The notes beneath the pieces are model-generated. The model worked only from the letters and a program-made list of their open reading frames with translations, was not told the origin of the DNA and searched no databases. Positions 28,491-39,957 of a stretch of DNA of 64,000 nucleotides are shown piece after piece. The position numbers and the translations under genes are program-made. Source of the DNA: Prasinococcaceae sp. CCMP 1430 (Eukaryota > Plantae > Prasinodermophyta); NCBI GenBank assembly GCA_013416795.1, contig RQSC01001018.1, positions 36,576 through 100,575 on the forward strand. Reading direction: 5' to 3'. Position 1 is the stretch's first letter. Each line of letters begins with the position of its first letter.

Positions 28491-29690
28491 TTGCGTCTTA
28501 CGCCCTCGGCGGCCTCCCCTCCCTCGCGCGCGCGCACGCGCCCTCGCGCATCCGCCCCGGCAGCTGCTGCCGTCATCCGACGACCCCCATCAAACGCAAC
28601 GCGCGCGCGCGTCGGGGGGCGGACCGCCGGAGCGCAAAAAGCGAGAGCGAAAGCGTGCTTTCGAGCGCGCGAGTCGCCTGCGGGCGTGGTATCGCGGCGA
28701 CGGAGACGAGCGCCGGCGGCGGCTGCGGCGGGCACACCGGCCGTGGCTGCCTCTCGGGCGGCACGACCCGCGGCGGGTACGGTTGCTGGCGCGTTCGCTG
28801 CATCGGCCGTGGCAGCGGGGCTCGCGGCTTCTGCCGTCGCCGCGCCTGTCGTGCTCGCGAAGGATGCGCCCCCCGCGGCGAGCTCCGCTGGGCGCGCGCT
28901 CGCCGCGCCGGCGACGCTGCCGGAGATGGATATCGTGCTGTACCAGTATGAGGTCTGCCCCTTCTGCTGCAAGGTCAAGGCCTACCTCGACGGCCGCGGC
29001 ATCCCGTACCGCACGGTGGAGGTGAATCCGCTCTTCAAGAAGGAGATCAAATTCTCACCTGACTATCGCAAGGTGCCCATCGTCATGGTGAATGGCGAGC
29101 AGCTCAACGACTCGTCGCACATTATCGATGCCATTGAGGCAAAGATCGCCCAGGCCAACCCGCCCGCCGCCGCCCGGAAGTCCAGCTGGTTTGGGGGCAA
29201 GGCTAAGGCCGCCGAGGGCGCCGGCGGCTCGCCCGAGGACGTCGCCAAGTGGCGCGCGTGGGTGAACGACCACCTCGTGCACCTGCTGCCGCCCAACATC
29301 TACCGCACCCCGGCCGAGGCAATGCGCAGCTTCGAGTACGTGTCCGAGGTGGGTAACTTCGGCACGTTCGAGCGCTCAGCTGCGAAGTACTTCGGCGCCG
29401 CTGCGATGTACGCCATCTCGGGCAGGCTCAAGAAGAAGTACGGCATCGTTGAGGAGCGCGCCGAGCTCTACGCAGCGGTCGACGAGTTCGTCGCGGCCGT
29501 CGGCCCCGACCGCGCCTTCCACGGCGGCGACGCGCCCGACCTCGCCGACATGGCCGTCTACGGTGTCCTCAACGCCGTGCAGCTCATCGGCGCCGACACC
29601 TGGGAGGACCTCAACGAGCACTCCACCATCGGACCGTGGTTCAAGCGCATGCAGGCAGCGGCCCCATCGGCGCGAACCTCGGCGGACTAG
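28491..29690 (+). CDS. Prostaglandin E synthase 2-like (glutaredoxin/GST fold), organellar presequence, start uncertain
   Basis: LYQYEVCPFCCKVKAYLD, YRKVP, HLLPPNIYRT, FHGGDAPDLADMAVYG. Confidence 0.88.
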   Translation: MRLTPSAASPPSRARTRPRASAPAAAAVIRRPPSNATRARVGGRTAGAQKARAKACFRARESPAGVVSRRRRRAPAAAAAGTPAVAASRAARPAAGTVAGAFAASAVAAGLAASAVAAPVVLAKDAPPAASSAGRALAAPATLPEMDIVLYQYEVCPFCCKVKAYLDGRGIPYRTVEVNPLFKKEIKFSPDYRKVPIVMVNGEQLNDSSHIIDAIEAKIAQANPPAAARKSSWFGGKAKAAEGAGGSPEDVAKWRAWVNDHLVHLLPPNIYRTPAEAMRSFEYVSEVGNFGTFERSAAKYFGAAAMYAISGRLKKKYGIVEERAELYAAVDEFVAAVGPDRAFHGGDAPDLADMAVYGVLNAVQLIGADTWEDLNEHSTIGPWFKRMQAAAPSARTSAD

Positions 29691-30047
29691 CTAGAGAGTG
29701 GCCCGCGGCGGCCGCGCGGCCGGTCGCCCAACCGCGCCGCGCGTGGGCCAGCCTGCACCCCAGCTGCGAATGCGCGGCTGCCGCCGGGCGCGCCCCGCCG
29801 GACGCACCCTCCTGCCGCCCCTGGCGGCAGGCGCCTGCCGACGTCGACGTCGTCGGAGGCAGACCATTTTTTCAATGTAATTTCGTATGTGTTTTTGCAC
29901 CGACCGCACCGTCCTCCCGCGGCCGCAGGCGCGCCACAACTCGGGCGGTTTGCGGCGGGCAAGCAGGGCCAGCGCCGCCCTGCCGCCCAGCACCGCCCCG
30001 TCGTGGCGCCGCTGCCGCTGCCGCGCGACGCCGTGGGCGCAGGCGCG

Positions 30048-31580
30048 ATGGCGGCGGCCACCACCGCGAGCGGCGGCGACCTGCTGCGATCTCTGCCGCA
30101 CGACGCGCTCGGCTACGTGCTTCGCATGCTGGGTGCACGCGGGCTCGCGCAGCTCGCCTGCACCGCGCGGTGGTACCGCGCGCGCTGCACGTCAGACGAC
30201 TCCGTGCGCTTGGTGCTGGCGGCCGCAGCCGCTGCGCGCATGGCAGAGCGCGAGAGCGGATATGGCGACGAGGGGGAGGGCACACCCCCTGCTACGCACG
30301 GAGGTAGAGCCGAGCTCGGCCGAGGCGGAGTGCTCGCCGCCCACGACACCGCCCGCACTGCGGCATCGCTGGTCGGTTTGCCGGAGGGTGAGGGCAACGC
30401 AGCTGCTGTGCTGCGGCGTGCATGCGCGCCCGCATTCAAGGAGACCTTCGGGGTGCCCGTGGATGCGCTTGTGCACCCGTCGGGGGGGGGTGCGTGGGCG
30501 CATCGCTTCGTCGCGTGCGGCGAGCGCTGGGAGCTGCGCGTGGTGACACGCTTGTACGATCCGGATCTTTTTGACGACACCGACAGCGACAACGACAACG
30601 ACAACTTCATCGACGGCGCGGCGCAATTGCATCGCTGGGCTGAAGGCAGGCTGCGTCGCCTCGGCAGGCGCACCTGCGCCGGTGAGGTGCACGCGCAGCT
30701 CGCGCACGCATACGCGCGCGCTCCGTCCGCCGCGCCAGAACCACGGGAGGCGGCCGCGCGTTTCGTGCCAACCACGCCCGGCGAGGTCCGCTATCAGAAG
30801 GCTAGATCGTTCGACGCGCCTGTGTGCCTCATGGAGTGCCCCCTATCAGGACTGCTGAGGGCTGCACGTGGCGCGGGCACTGGAGTCGACGGCGACCTTG
30901 CGGAAGCATCGACCGTGCCTGTGGTCGTCACGATGGCGTCGGTTGCGCGCGGAAGGGCCACGAAGTATCGTGCCCCCGAGGACAACAGCGCGCCCGCATT
31001 TGGGCGGGCCGAAGGTGCCGGCAGGGCGGACGCGCTGTGCAGGGCGCTGCTGCCGGAGGGAGCTGGCCCCTCACGCATGGAGGCCCGGCTAGGCTTCCAC
31101 GACGAGTACGTAGCGGCGGTGTGCACGTTCGCTCTGGCATGCCTTCGCACCGACTACCCCTTTCCGGGCCGGAGGCGCACATACACCGCTGGCCGCAGGC
31201 CGCAGATGACGTCGCGCAACGCGGAGGACCTGGCGAGGGGGCTCGCGCGGGCGCTCGAGCGGCCCCCGGCCCTCACGTCGCTCAGACTGGAGCTGGGCCT
31301 CGGGCAGGATCGCGCGGACAGGGCCGACTGCGCGGCCGCCCGCGCCCTCAAGTGCCTGGCCGAGCACCACTCGTCCGCGGTCGTGAGCACGGGCGCCCTC
31401 AGCGCGCTGTACAGCGTGAGGAACCGATTGCTCGCCGGCGAGGGCCGCGCCGACAGCAGACTCCGCGCGATGGTCGAGGACGCCATCCAAGTCGCCCAGC
31501 AGGCGGTCGACAGCAGGCTCCTCGGCATGGTCGAGCTCCTCGAGGCGCCTGCTGTCGAGCTCCTAAACCCTAAACCCTAA
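30048..31580 (+). CDS. F-box-like hypothetical protein
   Basis: N-terminal LLRSLPHDALGYVLRMLGARGLAQLACTARW resembles an F-box; long intronless ORF. Confidence 0.55.
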   Translation: MAAATTASGGDLLRSLPHDALGYVLRMLGARGLAQLACTARWYRARCTSDDSVRLVLAAAAAARMAERESGYGDEGEGTPPATHGGRAELGRGGVLAAHDTARTAASLVGLPEGEGNAAAVLRRACAPAFKETFGVPVDALVHPSGGGAWAHRFVACGERWELRVVTRLYDPDLFDDTDSDNDNDNFIDGAAQLHRWAEGRLRRLGRRTCAGEVHAQLAHAYARAPSAAPEPREAAARFVPTTPGEVRYQKARSFDAPVCLMECPLSGLLRAARGAGTGVDGDLAEASTVPVVVTMASVARGRATKYRAPEDNSAPAFGRAEGAGRADALCRALLPEGAGPSRMEARLGFHDEYVAAVCTFALACLRTDYPFPGRRRTYTAGRRPQMTSRNAEDLARGLARALERPPALTSLRLELGLGQDRADRADCAAARALKCLAEHHSSAVVSTGALSALYSVRNRLLAGEGRADSRLRAMVEDAIQVAQQAVDSRLLGMVELLEAPAVELLNPKP

Positions 31581-31581
31581 A
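31562..31581 (+). repeat. Interstitial plant-type telomeric repeat (CCCTAAA) x ~3
   Basis: CCTAAA CCCTAAA CCCTAAA, overlapping the F-box ORF stop codon. Confidence 0.7.
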
Positions 31582-32229
31582 ACACAAGCCTCCCGCGAGG
31601 CTCCCACTCGTCGGGGACCCACCGGCTAAAACAAAAAAACATTTTAACCTAAATTCCGAAAAATTAAATACCAGCTCGCGACCCCACCTTTTTATTTGGG
31701 CGATTCTGCAAGTCGCTCAACTCGCGCGAATCTCAACTTGGTTGCGGTGGCCGAAAAGTGATATGGCGCTGGCCTCATGCATGCACAATCATGGCCATTT
31801 TACGTACTCGTGGCTGCGAAAAAGGAGTGAAATTTTTATTTTTGTGGCCTCGCATTTTTCGACCGGAAAACACCGCCGTCACAAAAAAAAACTGCGCTCA
31901 CGTGCATGGGACTGTCCCGTACGTGGCTGCGCGGGGTCGCGCGCGCCCGCCGGGCTTCCGGGGCGCGCCGGAGGTCACTTCGCACGCGGCGCCCGCCCTC
32001 GCTTTCGGCGCCCGCGGTTCGCGCGCCGCGCCGCCCGGCGCGCGCGCTCCGGAAAAAAAAAAACGCCCGGAAAAGGATGGAAGCGGCAGGGAAAGAGGAA
32101 AAAGCCCCCCCAAAACAGATCACAAACGAACGAACGATGGAAAAAGCAAAAGCAAAAGCCGGGAAAATTAAAGAAAAAGACGCGCTGCGAATCGAGGTTG
32201 GGAGCGGAGGGAAACCGCGGGANGCGCGC

Positions 32230-33252
32230 GTGGCGCCGCGGTGCGCCGGCGAGGCGCCCGAGCGCGACGAGCGGCTGAGCAGCACGATGAGCAACCTGGA
32301 CGCGCTGCTCGGGCCGGACGAGGCCAAGCAGCGCGAGGCGGCGAGGATGGAGCGGGAACGCGAGGCCGCTGTCCGGCGCGCCGCGGAGGCCGAGGCCGCC
32401 AAAGAAGACGAGCAGGTGAGCGGCGGTGACCAGGGCGCCTTCGGATTCTTCGGCTCAGACTCCAGCAAGCAGCAGGGGGAAAAGGTGCGCTCGCGCGAGG
32501 GGTCGGCCCCGCGCACCCGGGCGAGCGATTAACTCAGGCGCCGCCGCGAGCGCGTGCACCCGCCAATGGCGCGCGTGGCGTGGAGCGGCAGCTGACGCGG
32601 CGCTCTGTTGTTGCGCGCGCGCTCGCGCACTGCCGCACTGCCGCACGGCCCTGGCCATCCATCCACCCACCCCAACCGCTCCGCTGCACACTCGGCCACG
32701 CGCGGCTGGCAGGGCATCCAGCGGGCGTCGGGGAAGGACCAGCCCGGTGAGCACATCGCTGACCGCACCATCGCGTCGCTCGCGTACCTGCTGCCGCTCT
32801 TCGATGGCCTGCGCTACTCCAAGTTCCTGCTCCTGCAGGTGCCGCAGCTCGGCCTCCTGCTCGCGCCGCTCGCGCCGGCGTACCAGATGTACGCGGGTGC
32901 GGGCTTCTTCGGCAACCTGATTCTCTTCTTCGGGCTGTACTTCGGCATCGCGAAGAACAACTCGCTGTCGAACCTCGTGCGCTTCAATGCGGCGCAGGCA
33001 ATCGTGCTGGACATCGTGCTCATCCTGCCGGACGTTCTGCTGCAGGGCTTCGGCGGCGTGGGGTCCGCCATGGGCGACGCGGGCGTGCAGGTGCAGATCA
33101 TTTTCTTCAACACCGTGTTCCTCGCGACGTACCTGAGCTGCGTGTACGGCGTCGGCTCATCGCTTATCACTGGTAAGACCAAGGCGACCGAGCTGCCGTT
33201 CATCGCCGATGCTGCGAGGATGCAGGCCGGCGTCTTCGAGGATGACGACTGA
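32230..33252 (+). CDS. Tic20-family chloroplast inner-envelope protein; exons <32230-32484, 32713-33252
   Basis: DRTIASLAYLLPLFDG, VRFNAAQAIVLDI, LPFIADAA. Confidence 0.85.
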
Positions 33253-33551
33253 AAGGGAGGCGGAGGCGCTCTGTGCGTACGCACACTGTATTGGCGTTAT
33301 TTTCTTGACGAGACGGCACGCGCGCGCGCTGCGGCACGCGCCCGCGCGCGCAGGCACCGCGTGCGCGCAGGTGAGCGAGGCTGCATCGGACGGTGCGGGA
33401 CGCGCGCGAGTGAACGCGCAGTGGCACGCCGAGCAACCTCTGCGATGTGTGCAGGTCCAAATTACAATTGCGCCTACTCCTATCTCTCTGCCATCTTACA
33501 TCGGTGAATACCACCGCCACTCCTAATACGACAAATGTGCATGTGCGTGAT

Positions 33552-34619
33552 TTAAGGCGCCCGTTTCCGCCTCCTGAGAAGGGTGCGCAGGCGCGTGCGC
33601 ACGGCGGCCGCACGTGCCTGGGTGCGCGCGCGCCTTTCCCTGCGCACGCGCTCTGCTGCCTGTCGCGCGTGCCCCATGAGCATACCCTCGAGCGCAGCCA
33701 CCGCCTCCTGCTCGTCCGAGCGCGATTCGCCCGCGGCAGAGAGCCACACGTCCGCGCCGAGCAAGGTGCGGTCGAGCAAGACAGCCGCGGGAGACCCGCC
33801 ACCGCCGTCGTCGCCGCGCGCCTGCCAGCTGAAGTGTTCGTAGCCCTCGGCGGCGCCCGTGAGCGCGTTCAGGGAGGGCGCGGATGCTGAGAACGCCGCC
33901 GCCATGTTGGTCAGCGCGCCCCTGAGCGACCAGCTAGCCGCCGTCGGGCCGGCATCGGCTGCCACGTGCACGAACACGAGCGCCCCGGCCATGTCGAGCC
34001 GCGCGCTCAGGCGCGAGAAGGCTCGCACGACGGCGTGCGGCGAGGGCTCGCGAGCGCGCCCGCGCGAGAGCAATGCACGCACGACGGCGCGCGGTGCGAG
34101 CTGGCGCGCGCGCCCGGGCGAGAGCGGCGCGCCGCCGCCGATGAGCAGCACCACCGAGCGGCGCTCGTCGAACGCCGAGCGGCAGATGCCCTGCCACCCG
34201 GCCTCGTCTGTCCGCGCGATGCGCTGCACGCGCGGCCGTAGGACGCGCGCAAGCAGCCGCAGGGCGTTGCGTCTGAGTGGCGCCAGAGCGGCCACAGCGG
34301 CCGCTGCGGCCGCCATTAGCGGCAACGGCGCGAGTGGTGCGGCCAGCGCGTCCACCCACGCCGCGCGCGCCGAGAGGTGGCCGGACGATGGCCGCGCCGC
34401 AGGCAGGGAGCGCCGCCGCGCCCCCGCCTCGATCTCCCTCCGCGCCGCGCCCTTTCCCGCCCCGGCATCGCCCGCCCGACCTTTCCCGCCGTCTGTGCTG
34501 CCCCTGTCGCCCTCGCCCTTCTCCGCCTCGGCGCCGCCCTCACGCCCTCCCCGGCCGTCCGCGTCGCTCGACACGGTCAGCCTCGGCGGCGGCAGCGACG
34601 TCTGCCCGCAGCACGACAT
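33552..34619 (-). CDS. Hypothetical protein
   Basis: 355-codon ORF with coding-like codon bias and a downstream TGTAA (33462-33466); no family recognised. Confidence 0.45.
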   Translation of the reverse strand: MSCCGQTSLPPPRLTVSSDADGRGGREGGAEAEKGEGDRGSTDGGKGRAGDAGAGKGAARREIEAGARRRSLPAARPSSGHLSARAAWVDALAAPLAPLPLMAAAAAAVAALAPLRRNALRLLARVLRPRVQRIARTDEAGWQGICRSAFDERRSVVLLIGGGAPLSPGRARQLAPRAVVRALLSRGRAREPSPHAVVRAFSRLSARLDMAGALVFVHVAADAGPTAASWSLRGALTNMAAAFSASAPSLNALTGAAEGYEHFSWQARGDDGGGGSPAAVLLDRTLLGADVWLSAAGESRSDEQEAVAALEGMLMGHARQAAERVRRERRARTQARAAAVRTRLRTLLRRRKRAP

Positions 34620-35386
34620 GGGCGGCCGCGCCGCCGCGCGCGGCGAGCCCCCGCGGCCCCAACCCCTCCTTCGTTTCCGTCAGGCGCCCCACCTCGCCGC
34701 CGCCCGCGCGCGCTGTGGCCCCCGCCTCGGCGGCACGCCCAAGGGGAGGGCGCTGAGGTGAGGGCGAGGGGGAGGCCGGGGGCAGTTAACACTGCGCGCG
34801 CGCGCGTTCGGAAAGTTAGTTAACACCGCCCCCTCCCTTTTTACCACGAACCCTCTTTTCCAATCCCGCCCTCAAACCCCAAACTCCAAAAAACCGCGTT
34901 TTTGTTTTTTTTTATTTTCATTTTATTTTTTTGTGCGCCACGCACGGGCGAGGCGGTCTCACGTGCGGCGCCACAAACAGGGTCTGTTAAAAGTTAGATT
35001 GGTTCAGGTTTTAGATGTGTTTTAAATTCAAAGTGAGGTGGATTGTTTTTAGGGTTATGTTGCATCCTGCCCCCGCGCGGGCCGCCGCGGGGTAATTATC
35101 CCTCGCCGAGGGGGGCGAGCGCGCGCGCGCGAATCGCGGAGCCGCTTTTCGCGCGCGCGTCCGCGCGGGGTCCTCGCGCGGGCGGAGGGGCGCCGGGGAG
35201 GGCGCGCGGCGGGCGTAAATCGCGGCGGGGGCGGAATTCGGGGTGCGAAAGCGCGGGATCGGGATCGGGCGCGACAGCGGGCTTTTAGGGCCTGTGCGCG
35301 CGCTGGGGGGGTGGGTGCGCCACAGCGCGTCGGCGGGGCAGGGAGGGTCGGAGGAGGCGCCCTTCTCGGAGGCACCTGCAGCCGCC

Positions 35387-36815
35387 ATGTCGGCGCTCGG
35401 CAGCAGGAGCGGTGTGCGCGCGGCCGCGGCCGCCGCGCGCGCGCCCGCAGGTGTCGGGACGCGCGTGCGCTCTGCCGCTCGCCCCACGCGCCGGCCCCCT
35501 GGCCGCACGCACGCGCATGCACGGCGCGGCGGCGCGCGCAGATGCGCGCCGGTGGCATCCGCGCAAAACCCTTTTTTTTTCTCAGCCCGGCGCCGGGTTG
35601 GAGGACTGAGAGAGAGAGAGAGAGAGCTCTCGACGCGCGCACCGGAGGCCACAACCGCCCGGGCGTGAGAGGCCGCAGCTCGCACAGCGCAGGCGATCCC
35701 GTTCGCGCCGCCCCGCCCGCGCCCAGCGAGCCGCCTGCGCCCAGCCGCGGGCCGCGGCGGCCCGTGTGCCTACGTACCGCTCCACGCTCTCGGCGCGCGC
35801 GGCGCGCCTGCCGGCATGCCCCATGCCGCGTGCTCGTGCGCTCGCGCTGACATGCCTACGCATGCCGCGCATGCCTCCCATTCCCCCATCTGCTGTGCCA
35901 CAGGACTCCCGCGTACGCCGGCCAGGGCCCTCCCCCGATGGTCGCCGAGCGTTTCCAGAGCGTCATCAGCCAGCTCTTCCAGCAGGTCCGCAGCGCGCCG
36001 CGCCGCGCCGCTTCGCGCCGCGCGCATCGGCGCTCCGGGCCACTGCTGTGCCACCGTGCGCGCTACGGCGCCCCCACGTGCTAGGAGCGCGCTGCGCTGC
36101 GGCCCAGCGGCGAGGGCGCGTGATGCTGGTCCCCCTGCCATCGATCTCGCGCGGCCGCGTCGAAGGGTGGTTGTGGTGGTATGCCAGTCTGCACTCGATC
36201 CGTCCACGTGCTGACAGTCGCGTGCCTGGTCGTGGCTCGCACGATGGTGCGCGCGCGCGCGCTGCGACCATTTGTCTGCGCCTGACCATGCCACAGCGCA
36301 TCATCCGCGTGGGCGGCGGTGTCGACGATGACATGGCCAACCTGATCGTGGCGCAGCTGCTGTACCTTGACGCGGCGGACCCCAACAAGGACATCATCAT
36401 GTACGTGAACTCGCCGGGTGGCTCGGTGACCGCTGGCATGGCGATCCACGACACGATGAAGCACGTGCGCCCGGACGTGCAGACGGTGTGCGTGGGCCTC
36501 GCCGCCTCGATGGGCGCGTTCCTGCTGTCGGCGGGCACCAAGGGCAAGCGCTACTGCCTGCCGAACTCGCGCGTGATGATCCATCAGCCGCTGGGTGGCG
36601 CGCAGGGCCAGGCTGCGGACATCGAGATCCAGGCCAACGAGATCCTCCACCACAAGCACGTGCTGAACTCGTACCTTGCGGCGCACTGCGGGCAGAGCTA
36701 CGAGAAGATCGAGGAGGACACGGATCGCGATTTCTTCATGAGCGCGCAGGAGGCGGCGGATTACGGCATCGTGGACGCGGTGATCGAGTCCACCAACTCC
36801 CTGTACTCGGCGTGA
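35387..36815 (+). CDS. CLPP5: Plastid ATP-dependent Clp protease subunit, ClpP5-like; secure exons 35904-35985, 36297-36815
   Basis: [22 protein letters not shown]|[39 protein letters not shown]. Confidence 0.9.
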
Positions 36816-37107
36816 GCGCCAGGCTCGCGCCGCGTGGCGGGCGGATGTGTAACTTTTGCAGCGCAAGCTTTTCCCCATTCCTCCTCCTTTGCACCGGTCG
36901 GCCTGGGCGGACCGGTGCGCCCTGGCGCCGCCCCGTTCAGCGCGCGCGCGCCACGAGCGGAGGTCGTGCCGCGGGTGGCCTCCTCACGCAGTGCGGCGCG
37001 CGCAACGCGGCGCGCGTCTGTCGGCGCCAGGCGTGCTACTCTCGGGCCGGCAATAATCCGTCACGTTACTCGCTGGGAGCTACCTAGACTGGCTGCTAGG
37101 CGCGCGC

Positions 37108-37341
37108 TTACGCCGACTGGTCGGCGATCAGGTCGGCGGCCTCCTGCACGGTGGTGATCTGCTCGGCGCCGTCCTCGTCGAGGGTGATCGAGAACTCCTC
37201 CTCGAGCGCCATCATGATCTCGACGGTGTCGAGCGAGTCCGCGCCGAGGTCGACGAACTTGGAGTCGGCCACCACGGTGTCGAGGTCCGAGCCGAGCTGC
37301 TCAGCGATGATCTCGCGCACCTTGTCGGTCACCTCCGCGGA
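37108..37341 (-). CDS. ACP: Acyl carrier protein, last exon (transit-peptide exon lies in the N gap)
   Basis: Phosphopantetheine motif [19 protein letters not shown]; CGCAG acceptor. Confidence 0.92.
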   Translation of the reverse strand, partial: SAEVTDKVREIIAEQLGSDLDTVVADSKFVDLGADSLDTVEIMMALEEEFSITLDEDGAEQITTVQEAADLIADQSA

Positions 37342-37515
37342 CTGCGAGAGCGCGGCGCGGCGGCGGCGCGCGGCGGAGGATCGGGCGGGCGGGCAGGCGG
37401 GCGTTCGCCACAGGGTCAGCACGGGATCCGAGCAGAGAGCGCCGCACACGGACCACGAGCGCCCGGCCTCGCCGCGCCGCACTCTCCCGGCGCCCCCCTC
37501 GCGCGGCCCCGAGGC

Positions 37516-37949
37516 NNNNNNNNNNNNNNNNNNNNNNNNNNNNNNNNNNNNNNNNNNNNNNNNNNNNNNNNNNNNNNNNNNNNNNNNNNNNNNNNNNNNN
37601 NNNNNNNNNNNNNNNNNNNNNNNNNNNNNNNNNNNNNNNNNNNNNNNNNNNNNNNNNNNNNNNNNNNNNNNNNNNNNNNNNNNNNNNNNNNNNNNNNNNN
37701 NNNNNNNNNNNNNNNNNNNNNNNNNNNNNNNNNNNNNNNNNNNNNNNNNNNNNNNNNNNNNNNNNNNNNNNNNNNNNNNNNNNNNNNNNNNNNNNNNNNN
37801 NNNNNNNNNNNNNNNNNNNNNNNNNNNNNNNNNNNNNNNNNNNNNNNNNNNNNNNNNNNNNNNNNNNNNNNNNNNNNNNNNNNNNNNNNNNNNNNNNNNN
37901 NNNNNNNNNNNNNNNNNNNNNNNNNNNNNNNNNNNNNNNNNNNNNNNNN
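37516..37949. other. Assembly gap (N run); other gaps at 11204-11261 and 60447-60455
   Basis: N characters. Confidence 1.
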
Positions 37950-38917
37950 GCCTGGCCGCGTCGGGGCGGGCGCGCTGGCGGCGCGCGCGCGCGCTGTGGC
38001 GCCCGCCCGACGCGCAAGGATTGAAGCAAGGGATGGAAGGAAAGGAAAGGAAGGACAAAAAGGAAGGAGGCGGAAGGCGCGGCCGCCGGGCACACGCGTT
38101 CGGTCGATTTGGCCGATTGGTTGGATTGTTGATTGGGTGCGTTCGGTGGGATCGGATCCGAGGTCTGCTGTTTGCCCGCGCGCGCGCGCAACGCCGCCGC
38201 GCCCGCCGCCGCGTTGCTCCCGCCAGCGCAGATCGCAGGTCAAGCATGAACTCGAACTCCACCGAATATTACAACACCGATACGAAAAATCTACGACCAT
38301 TTCGACATACAAACATGCAGAATACAAACTGAAATAACAACTCCGTTGTTTCAATGCGGCGTTCCGCGACCCTTTCCATGGAAAGTGCGCGTACGTTTCG
38401 ACGTCCACAAATGCAGATCTTCTCACGAAATTGAGCAAATCTGTTTTTTTTCCTTTGGCGGTGCTGGCAGGTGCTGGCTGGCGGGAAGCGCTGTGCGTGC
38501 TCGTAGCCGGGTGTGCACCCAGCCAGTCGGAGGCGCGGGCCGCTGACAGACTGCAGCGCCTGGCTGACACACGGCAGGCCGGGACCCCGCGCACTGACCG
38601 ACTGTGGCTGACTGAGGCCCCAGCCAGCCTGCCAGGCCGCGGTGTGCCGCGTCCGGCCGTGGACACACCCCACCCACCCACCCGGCGCCCTCGCCCGGGT
38701 CGGCGCCGGGGTCCGGCTCCGCCCGCAGCACGCGCGCCTCGACGCAGTGCGTTTTGACCTCCCTCATCTATTTGAAAGGAGTAGTACGTACGTACAGTAC
38801 TGTGTAGATTGAAAAGACATGGTATCGTGAATTTTGGTGGATAGAGGTGCGGGGGGGCGGCGCTGGGTGGCGCCACACGCGCTCGACCGAGGCGCGCCCA
38901 CCCACTCACCCACGCCG

Positions 38918-38949
<32 letters not shown>

Positions 38950-38979
38950 CCCCTCCATTCCCATCCGGGCGGGAGCGGC

Positions 38980-39947
38980 ATGGCGCCCGCGTGCGCCCGT
39001 GCGCGAGCTCGTGCGGAGGCCGGGTCCGGGCCAGGGGCGGCGCAGCCGCCCGGCCGCGGNGGGTGAGGTGCTGTGCTTCGGCAGTGGCTCCCGAGAGGAC
39101 GTTTGGTCGGCGCTCCTACCCGCGCTGCGCGAGGCGCGCGCATAGGCGCGCGCGAGACGACGGGGTGGCGAACACCAGCCGCGCGGCTGTTGCCGCTGCC
39201 GCAGCGCCTCTCTCTCTCTTTCTTTCTCTCCCTGCGCGCGCGCAGACGCACGCTGACGTTGGCGCTGACGCGTCTCGCTCCGGCTCTGAACCCAATGCAG
39301 GTGCCGACCTCGTGCTCTACAAGAGCCCGTCGACGAGCGCCGGCATCGTGCTCGGCGCCACGGTGGTGTATTACCTCATGGAGCTCTCCGGCCTGACCTA
39401 TGTCACCCTGCTGGCCTCCATTGCGGCCGTGCTCATGCTGGCGGCGCTCATGTGGGCGGCGGCCTCGAGCATCTTCGTGAAGATCCCCGCGCCGCCGGTG
39501 CTGATGATGCAGATCGAGGAGGACACCGCCGCCGCGTTCGCCAAGGCGGCCGTGAAGCCGCTCAACAATTGTCTGTTCCTGATGGCCAAGCTCATGTCGG
39601 GCAAGCACACGATGCTTAGCCTCAAGTGGGTGGCCGGGCTTTACGCGATGAGCAAGGTGGGGGCGTGGTTTCACTTCCTGACCTTTATGTACGCCGCGCT
39701 GATCGTCTCCTTCACGCTCCCGAGGCTCTACGTGACCTTCCAGAGAGAGGCCGACGAGGTCCTCGCCATCGTGGTCGCCTACGCCAAGGAGCTGCACGCG
39801 ACCGCCGAGCAGTGGGTGGACGCCAAGGTGTTGTCCAAATTCGCGCCGCAGGCGGCAGCGCCCAAGGGCGCGGCGGCGAGCTCGGAGGGGACGGCGGCGT
39901 CGAACGGCGGAGACGCCAAGGACAGCGCCTCGAAGAAGACGGAGTGA
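38980..39947 (+). CDS. Reticulon-domain protein; main exon 39301-39947, first exon tentative
   Basis: ADLVLYK...two long hydrophobic hairpins...SKVGAWFHFLT...FTLPRLY...QREAD. Confidence 0.8.
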
Positions 39948-39957
39948 GGCGCGGCGC

